Shown piece by piece: positions 20,737-26,735 of a stretch of DNA of 64,000 bases. Origin of the DNA: an uncultured Bacteroidales bacterium (GTDB taxonomy: Bacteria; Bacteroidota; Bacteroidia; Bacteroidales; UBA932); the NCBI GenBank assembly GCA_944323505.1, contig CALUST010000024.1, positions 20,755-84,754 of the forward strand, in the 5' to 3' direction. The position numbers and the translations under genes were made by a program. The number at the start of each line of letters is the position of its first letter. Positions within the stretch are counted from its first letter, which is position 1. The notes beneath the pieces were generated by a model. The model saw nothing but the letters and a program-made list of their open reading frames with translations. It was not told the DNA's origin and did not search any database.

Positions 20737-20784
20737 CAAATATACCATTTTTTTAGTAAAACTCTCATCAAATCACTATTTTTG
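20737..20784. promoter_or_regulatory. Divergent -7 elements: TATATTTG (minus, 20744-20737; DUF349-yidC-yggS-fbp) and TATTTTTG (plus, 20777-20784; trmD)
   Basis: Two TAnnTTTG(C) matches, each oriented toward its flanking gene. Confidence 0.6.
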
Positions 20785-20812
20785 CACTCCATTATTAATA
20801 TGACGGCAATAT

Positions 20813-21490
20813 ATGAGGATTGATATCATTTCAGTAGTACCGGAACTTCTCGAAAGCCCTCTGGGACACTCCATAGTCGGTCGGGCCATAAAGAAAGGCA
20901 TAGTTGAAATCCATGTGCACAATCTCCGCGAGTTCGGCAAAGGCCCGCGCCTGCAGGTAGATGACTACAGCTACGGCGGCGATGCAGGCATGGTGCTGAT
21001 GGTCGAACCGGTGTACCGGATGATAGAAAGGCTCAAGTCCGAAAGAGACTATGACGAAGTGATATACATGTCCCCTGACGGGGAGATATTCAACCAGGGC
21101 GTAGCAAACGAACTGTCTCTGAAAGAGAATATCATCATCCTCTGCGGACATTACAAGGGCATCGACCACCGCATCAGGGAACATCTTGTGACAAGAGAGA
21201 TCTCCGTCGGGGACTATGTGCTCAGCGGCGGGGAGATTCCGGCCGCGATGGTGGCAGATGCGATTGTAAGGCTCCTGCCAGGGGCAATAACAGACGAGAC
21301 CTCGGCATTGAGCGACTGTTTCCAGGACGGGATGCTGTCGGCTCCGGTCTATACACGTCCTGCTGAATTCAACGGATGGAAAGTCCCGGACGTGCTGTTG
21401 AGCGGCAATCCGAAGCTGATACGCGAGTGGCAGGACGAACAGGCGATTGACAGGACAAGACGGCTCAGGCCCGGACTTCTCGAGGACTGA
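20813..21490 (+). CDS. trmD: tRNA (guanine-N1)-methyltransferase
   Basis: [39 protein letters not shown]. Confidence 0.97.
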   Translation: MRIDIISVVPELLESPLGHSIVGRAIKKGIVEIHVHNLREFGKGPRLQVDDYSYGGDAGMVLMVEPVYRMIERLKSERDYDEVIYMSPDGEIFNQGVANELSLKENIIILCGHYKGIDHRIREHLVTREISVGDYVLSGGEIPAAMVADAIVRLLPGAITDETSALSDCFQDGMLSAPVYTRPAEFNGWKVPDVLLSGNPKLIREWQDEQAIDRTRRLRPGLLED

Positions 21491-21575
21491 TTGCGGAGAT
21501 GGAATAAATTATTAACCCCTCCTGCCCGTTACGATAATATTTTTTAAATAAAATCGAACAATTCTGTAAAATAAT

Positions 21576-21606
21576 TTTGCAGTTAATAAAAATTTGTCTA
21601 CATTTG
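21576..21606 (+). promoter_or_regulatory. Consensus sigma-A promoter with no long downstream ORF
   Basis: -33 TTTG (21576-79), 19-nt spacer, -7 TACATTTG (21599-606). A second TAATTTTG lies at 21572-79. Confidence 0.7.
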
Positions 21607-21611
21607 AAGAT

Positions 21612-21875
21612 TGTAATGGCTACCATAATGATGGTACCATTCAAAATCCCGGCATCGTGCCGGGGATAGCGGTCAAAATACTAACCACTAACCAAACAAT
21701 AACACGAATTCCCAAAGGGAAATACTGCTAACTAACCAGAATGAAGCCTGCAGTGATTGCAGGCTTCATTAAAACTCCAGGGAATTTTTCCCTCACACAT
21801 TTACATCAATGTCTGAGAAGACACTATGTATAAAGGATGCCGGCTCAAAAGTGAACTTTCGGGCCGGCATCCTTG
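21612..21875 (+). ncRNA. Candidate structured small RNA (orphan)
   Basis: Consensus promoter, seven successive hairpins, three ACTAACCA motifs in the linkers, and a terminal 14-bp stem. No family recognised. Confidence 0.5.
21833..21874. terminator. GC-rich hairpin between the sRNA candidate and the convergent TonB receptor
   Basis: aaggatgccggctc / gggccggcatcctt (14 bp, one G-U). U-tails are weak on both strands. Confidence 0.55.
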
Positions 21876-21912
21876 TCTTCAGTCATTCCAATGCTGCCGC
21901 CATGAGGGCAAG

Positions 21913-24321
21913 TCAGAACGAATATGAGAGTTTCAGCATGAAATTTATCAGTGCCTGTGGATAGATCCAGATATAGCTTGTCACATCATCGCTGCCTTCA
22001 TACATCTCGCGCGAGGCTCCTCCGTCTGCATAATACATATTATTGAACAGGTTGTTGATGTAGCCGCTGATACCGAGCACGCCTTTTCCGAGGCTGAACT
22101 GATGTGTCAGGCTGAGATTGGACACGAAATATCCCGGTACCGACCTGTCCTGACTCGAGGTATTGTCCAGATACTGTCTCCCGACATACTTTCCGTTGAT
22201 TGTGAGAGTGGTGGTCTTGAGGGAGTTATGTGCAATGTTCCGGAACGGGGTGAATGCGAGTTGCATCATCCCCACCACTGACGGGGACATTAGCATATCC
22301 GTGCTGCCGCAATTCTGGACTGCATTCTTCCCGGTGAAATTGTAGTCGGCATCATAGACAGGGATATAGGCGACATAGTCCTTGAGCCTGTTCATGCTGA
22401 GTGAGAGATTTGCATCAGCACGCAGCCAAGGCAGGGCCTCCCACGCGGCTGCAAGTTCTATTCCCCGGCGATAACCCCTTCCCACATTCTCCTTGATCGC
22501 ATAGCCGGAATCACTCAGCCGGCCTGTCTCCAGGAGCATATCGAAATATTCCATGAAATAAAGGTTTGCGGATGCCGTGATCTTCGGTGCTGAATATATG
22601 TAGCCGATCTCCACGTCAACCATCTTCTCAGGTCTGAGTTCCTCTCTCGTGCCTCCGAGATTGTTGGTGATGATGACTTCCTTGATGTCGCTCCTGCCAG
22701 GCTCCCTGTTGCCGAGGGCTGCGGAAATGTACGCCTTGTTGCGCGGGGTCCAGTTAAAGGTGAGGCCGGCGCGCGGGTTGAAGAAATTCCATGTCGTGCT
22801 GTAGTCCAGCGGGCTGCCGTCATCATCAGGGCCTTCCATGTCAAGCGAGACTCCCCTGTACTGGAGGTCGAGATATGCTGTAATCCAGTCTGCAGGAGCA
22901 TATTCTGCACGGGCAAATACATTGAGTTCCTGCTTGAGACCGTTGTTCAGATACCAGGTGTGTGCCGCATTGAAGCCGTCATAGTCGAAATCAGACGGCA
23001 GACGGCTGCCCCAGAGCAGTTTCCCGATGTGATCCCCGTCATAGCGGGACACGTTGACCCCTCCTGTAAGACTGACTTTGTCCGATGTATACCGCACTTC
23101 GGAATTGGCGACGAGATAATAGTTGTCCATTGCCTCCCGTTCGATGAAATCACCTCCTGTGGTCATCGGCACTTCACCGTCTTCCTGCACCGGCTGCCCG
23201 GTGACCTTGTCATACATTTCAGGGATTGCAGGGAAGGCTTCCATCCCGAGCATTCCTTGCAGATTGTAGTCGGAGAGTTCATTCCCGGCCTCGTATTCCT
23301 CATAGTAGCCGTCACCCTTGGTAAAGTTCAGTGTCGTACTCCATACGACATTCTTCGGGAACTGGTGAGTGTAGTTCAGTTGCAGATGATGCTGGGTATA
23401 ATTGTCCGTCTGGTTGTCATAGTACTGTACATTGCCGAAACGGTCATAATACTCCCCGGCACTGTTATATCTGCGGTCAGTATTGTATGTATCCATGTCA
23501 ATCCCGTTCCATGTGATGCCGGTGTGCTGGTCTCCCATCAGGTATGTGAGTTTGAGGGAATTGGTCTCGTTCATCCAGCCGAGGACCGCGAGAGCGGACT
23601 GCACCCTGGCCTTGGCATTGCGGATATAGCCGTCGGTCCAGTTGCGGGAATAGGCGAAATCGAAGTACACTCCAGACCTTGTAAGCCCGGTGCCGGCCGC
23701 CACTGTAGACATGAAAGTATTATACGATCCTGCGGCAACTTCTGCTCTCACATAAGGAGACGAGCCGACAGATGCCGTACTCATATTGACGCTGGCGCCG
23801 AATGCCCCTGCCCCGTTGGCTGAGGTGCCGAGGCCTCTCTGCAACTGGACAGAACTCAGCAGGCTGGTAAGAGACGGGATGTTCACCCAGAAGACCTCCT
23901 GCGACTCCGCGTCATTCAGTGTGATACCGTTGAGAGTGACATTGATCTGTGAGCCCTTGCTGCCCCTGATCGTCATCTTGGAATAACCGAGACCGGTACC
24001 TCCTTCATTCACTGCCACTACAGACGGCTGCAGATTGAGCATCATCGGGAGGGAATTGACAGGGTTGTTCCGTCTCAGATCTTCCCTGCCGACCATGGTG
24101 TAGGTGACAGGAGTGTTCTTCCCTGCTCTTGAGGCAGACACGACGATGCTGTCGAGCCTGTCTGTCTTCTCTTCGACATATAGATTGTCTGATTCGCCGG
24201 TCTCAGACATGAGGGTCTCATGACCGGATGTACCAGCCTTGACGGCTGCTTCGTTCTCCGCAGCTGCTGCAGAAAACGGGACGAGCACAGAAAGTGCTGC
24301 AAAAAACAAAAAACCTCGCAT
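21913..24321 (-). CDS. TonB-dependent outer-membrane receptor, probable thiamine transporter (BT2390/OMthi-like)
   Basis: Signal peptide; LDSIVVSASRA TonB box; plug motifs TIRGSKGSQINVTLNGITLND and QLQRGLGTSANGAGAFGASVNM; C-terminal F; TPP riboswitch upstream. Start set at ATG 24321. Confidence 0.85.
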   Translation of the reverse strand: MRGFLFFAALSVLVPFSAAAAENEAAVKAGTSGHETLMSETGESDNLYVEEKTDRLDSIVVSASRAGKNTPVTYTMVGREDLRRNNPVNSLPMMLNLQPSVVAVNEGGTGLGYSKMTIRGSKGSQINVTLNGITLNDAESQEVFWVNIPSLTSLLSSVQLQRGLGTSANGAGAFGASVNMSTASVGSSPYVRAEVAAGSYNTFMSTVAAGTGLTRSGVYFDFAYSRNWTDGYIRNAKARVQSALAVLGWMNETNSLKLTYLMGDQHTGITWNGIDMDTYNTDRRYNSAGEYYDRFGNVQYYDNQTDNYTQHHLQLNYTHQFPKNVVWSTTLNFTKGDGYYEEYEAGNELSDYNLQGMLGMEAFPAIPEMYDKVTGQPVQEDGEVPMTTGGDFIEREAMDNYYLVANSEVRYTSDKVSLTGGVNVSRYDGDHIGKLLWGSRLPSDFDYDGFNAAHTWYLNNGLKQELNVFARAEYAPADWITAYLDLQYRGVSLDMEGPDDDGSPLDYSTTWNFFNPRAGLTFNWTPRNKAYISAALGNREPGRSDIKEVIITNNLGGTREELRPEKMVDVEIGYIYSAPKITASANLYFMEYFDMLLETGRLSDSGYAIKENVGRGYRRGIELAAAWEALPWLRADANLSLSMNRLKDYVAYIPVYDADYNFTGKNAVQNCGSTDMLMSPSVVGMMQLAFTPFRNIAHNSLKTTTLTINGKYVGRQYLDNTSSQDRSVPGYFVSNLSLTHQFSLGKGVLGISGYINNLFNNMYYADGGASREMYEGSDDVTSYIWIYPQALINFMLKLSYSF

Positions 24322-24341
24322 AAAATGACAATTATGCAAGG
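24301..24341 (-). terminator. Riboswitch expression-platform terminator overlapping the receptor start codon
   Basis: CCUUGCAUAA-(UUGUCAUU)-UUAUGCGAGG followed by UUUUUUGUUUUUU. Confidence 0.7.
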
Positions 24342-24367
24342 GGCGCGCATGGCTGCGCATGAGATCT

Positions 24368-24620
24368 CTGCTTCCCTACGACGGTATTGGCCGTGTCAGG
24401 TTCAATGGGACTCTCTCAACTCCTTTGCAAGTATCTGCAAAGGAGTTGAGAGAAGGCTCCAACCCCCCTGCTCCCCCGAGGGGGACTGCCGTCCTGCCCG
24501 GACGGGCCGCCCGCGGCTTGCCACACCCCCGCTCCTGCAAAGGAGTTGAGAGAGAAGGCTCCAACCCCCCTGCTCCCCCGAGGGGGACTGCAGCAGATAC
24601 TTGCGGGAGTACCCCCGCAA
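24368..24620 (-). promoter_or_regulatory. TPP riboswitch aptamer with a greatly expanded P3 arm
   Basis: Minus strand reads GGGGGUACUCC...GGAGU-UGAGA-GAGUCCC-AUUGAACCUGA-CACGG-CCAAUA-CCGU-CGUAGGGAAG, giving the TPP hallmarks UGAGA, ACCUGA, AAUA loop and CGUAGGGA. Confidence 0.9.
24435..24591. repeat. Two direct repeats (55 nt at 24435-24489; 57 nt at 24535-24591) with a 45-nt GC-rich spacer, inside the riboswitch P3 loop
   Basis: ctgcaaaggagttgagag(ag)aaggctccaacccccctgctcccccgagggggactgc; the copies are identical except for a 2-nt AG slip. Confidence 0.95.
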
Positions 24621-24665
24621 TGTTATTTCAAAAATGCCGCTCCCGGACGGTTCCGAAAGCGGCTG

Positions 24666-24673
24666 CAAATATA
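24666..24673 (-). promoter_or_regulatory. -7 element (TATATTTG) driving the riboswitch leader
   Basis: TAnnTTTGCA match ~45 nt upstream of the aptamer. Confidence 0.6.
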
Positions 24674-24755
24674 ATCAATTTTAATTCTTATCTGCAAGAA
24701 CAGCCTGCAATATGTTGCGGATTCGCGAATCTGCCATATCCCAGACGCCTCATCT

Positions 24756-25334
24756 TCAGAATGCGACAGCCAAGCCTACGCCATATCGCTGTGCACCGAA
24801 AGACAACTGCGTCCCGCAAGCCGAGCCACAAGCATCCGCGACCGAATTAAGATGTTTCTTGCTTATACATAGCACTGTCGTCCCAGCGACCATACCGAGA
24901 ACCCCGATACAAGTCGCGCATAGTCCCCCAACGGCCACTCCGGCAAACTTGCTGTCAAATGACATATCCGGCGACTTGCCTCCAAGTGCATAAAGCGGTG
25001 AGAGCATTGCGCCCCCAATTCCTGCAGCTATTGCCTCCACCATCACTCCCGTGGCTCCTACTCCGAGCGTCAGCAGACCGGCGCCAGTCAGAGAGCCGAA
25101 ACCTATCAACAGTCCCTTGCCTGTCCGGAACCCCTTCTGATAACGCTCCACATCCGCCAATGTATACCCGCTGTCATCCAGCATAGCGACAATCTGATCT
25201 TCTGAAAGAAGTTCTCCGCCAGCATAGAAATCCGCCCCTTTCCTGTACACATCATTATACTGGGCCGAGGCGGTCATACTGCTTGCCAAAAACACTGTCA
25301 AAATCAAAACCGGAACACAAAATCTCATAACCAT
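24756..25334 (-). CDS. Hypothetical exported/membrane protein with Gly-rich hydrophobic segments
   Basis: Signal peptide ending TASA|Q; Gly-rich hydrophobic helices; C-terminus LSFGAQRYGVGLAVAF. Start uncertain (25334, 25328 or 25397). Confidence 0.65.
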   Translation of the reverse strand: MVMRFCVPVLILTVFLASSMTASAQYNDVYRKGADFYAGGELLSEDQIVAMLDDSGYTLADVERYQKGFRTGKGLLIGFGSLTGAGLLTLGVGATGVMVEAIAAGIGGAMLSPLYALGGKSPDMSFDSKFAGVAVGGLCATCIGVLGMVAGTTVLCISKKHLNSVADACGSACGTQLSFGAQRYGVGLAVAF

Positions 25335-25438
25335 ATCATTTATTGTCATATCTGTAACGACAGCAAATATAACAAATCCAGGCACACAATCAAACAAGAA
25401 ATAGCATCATATTGCTCTATTACTCATGCAGAATTTAT

Positions 25439-25651
25439 TCAGGTTTCTTTTAGAAACTCTATCACCCTCTCTCTGTCTTCAAGAATCAGGCAACCTTTCA
25501 GTTTTTTCGAACATCGCTTCTGCACGCCATCATGCATATTGGCGACTTCCGGTGTCTGCATCTCTATGCTCATATGCGGCTGCTCGAAGTTGTAGAAGTC
25601 GATTATTCGCTCCAGGGCGCTCTTGCATTCCGCGCGTGCGGCGATGGACAT
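25439..25651 (-). pseudogene. Remnant of an IS3-family transposase C-terminus
   Basis: ALERIIDFYNFEQPHMSIEMQTPE resembles the IS3 integrase-core tail (Y..FYN..RPH.S.g..TP); the DDE core is absent. Confidence 0.55.
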
Positions 25652-25946
25652 CTTGTATAGTCATTCAGTCTCCAGGATACCGTTCGCCCATTCCGCTATA
25701 ACATTCTCCAGCAGGTCTCCACTCTGCGTCATGCTGATCAGTTTCGTGCATCCAATACCCGGATTTGGCCTTTTCAACTATCAACGACTTTATCGCGTCT
25801 TCGGCGAACTTCTTCCTGTTCCACTTATAGAATGCCTACCTGCAGCCAAATCATATTTCTGACCGTCTCCTGAAACAGAACCTGAATCATACGCCTTAGC
25901 AGCGTACAATACGCATCTTTTGAGAAAATTCGACTGTCTGCAGACT

Positions 25947-26735
25947 CTATTTCTCCTCTAATTCCACCTCGTAGAGACGCGGCCAGTTCTTGCCGGTGAG
26001 ATAAATCCGGCCTGTTACGTCGTCATAGGCAATCCCGTTAAGCACATCTGTCCCGGGACCACGGAGTGAGTCCGGAAGCAGGCCGCTGCAGTCAACGGTA
26101 GCCTCCACATTTCCGTTGTCAGGATTGATTATGAGTATGAGGTCGCTGGTATAGACATTTGCCCATATCTTGCCGTCAATGTATTCAAGTTCATTGAGGA
26201 AGCGCATCGGACGTCCGGACAGCCTCACTGTGACCCGCCTTGTGACCTGCAGGTCAGGATTCATGAAATACAGGACAGCCGAACCGTCACTCGCGATCAG
26301 CTGCCGCCCGTCCGAGGTAATGCCCCACCCCGGCCTCGGATATGAACGGGTGGCCTTGTATGACAGGCTCTTCATGTCATAGACAAATGCCACATTATTG
26401 GTCCAAGTAAGGATATAAAGATTGTCCCCCAAGGTCGCTGAGCCCTCGACGAAATATTTGTCGCTGAAATCAAGTCTTCGGAGAGGCTTTCCTGTCTCAA
26501 GATCAACCTTTCTGAAAGTTGATGAGCCGTATTGCCCGGTGCTCTCGTACAACTGACCGTCCTTGAAGAACAGACCCTGCGTATAGGACTCCGAATCATG
26601 CGGATATTCCTTGACCACCTTTATCCTGTAACTTTTCACGGCAGCAGACAGGGGGGCAGAAAGAAGAGCCGCCGCCAGAAAAAGGGCGGCGGCAGTCAAT
26701 AAGTGTCTTGTTTTGCAAATCATTCGCATGATCAT
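25947..26735 (-). CDS. Glutaminyl-peptide cyclotransferase (type I, beta-propeller)
   Basis: YPHDSESYTQGL, YESTGQYG, YFVEG, LNELEYIDG, VLNGIAYD, TGKNWP; signal peptide. Confidence 0.92.
   Translation of the reverse strand: MIMRMICKTRHLLTAAALFLAAALLSAPLSAAVKSYRIKVVKEYPHDSESYTQGLFFKDGQLYESTGQYGSSTFRKVDLETGKPLRRLDFSDKYFVEGSATLGDNLYILTWTNNVAFVYDMKSLSYKATRSYPRPGWGITSDGRQLIASDGSAVLYFMNPDLQVTRRVTVRLSGRPMRFLNELEYIDGKIWANVYTSDLILIINPDNGNVEATVDCSGLLPDSLRGPGTDVLNGIAYDDVTGRIYLTGKNWPRLYEVELEEK

Noticed and set aside
24435-24591. Repeat-spacer-repeat read as a CRISPR array
   Set aside because: Only two copies, 55-57 nt is too long, no cas genes or leader, and it sits inside a riboswitch helix.
24220-24850. 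ORFs 24220..24549 (+), 24359..24850 (-), 24376..24564 (-) and 24402..24668 (-) with repeated peptides
   Set aside because: By-products of the GC-rich non-coding repeats; they overlap a clear riboswitch.
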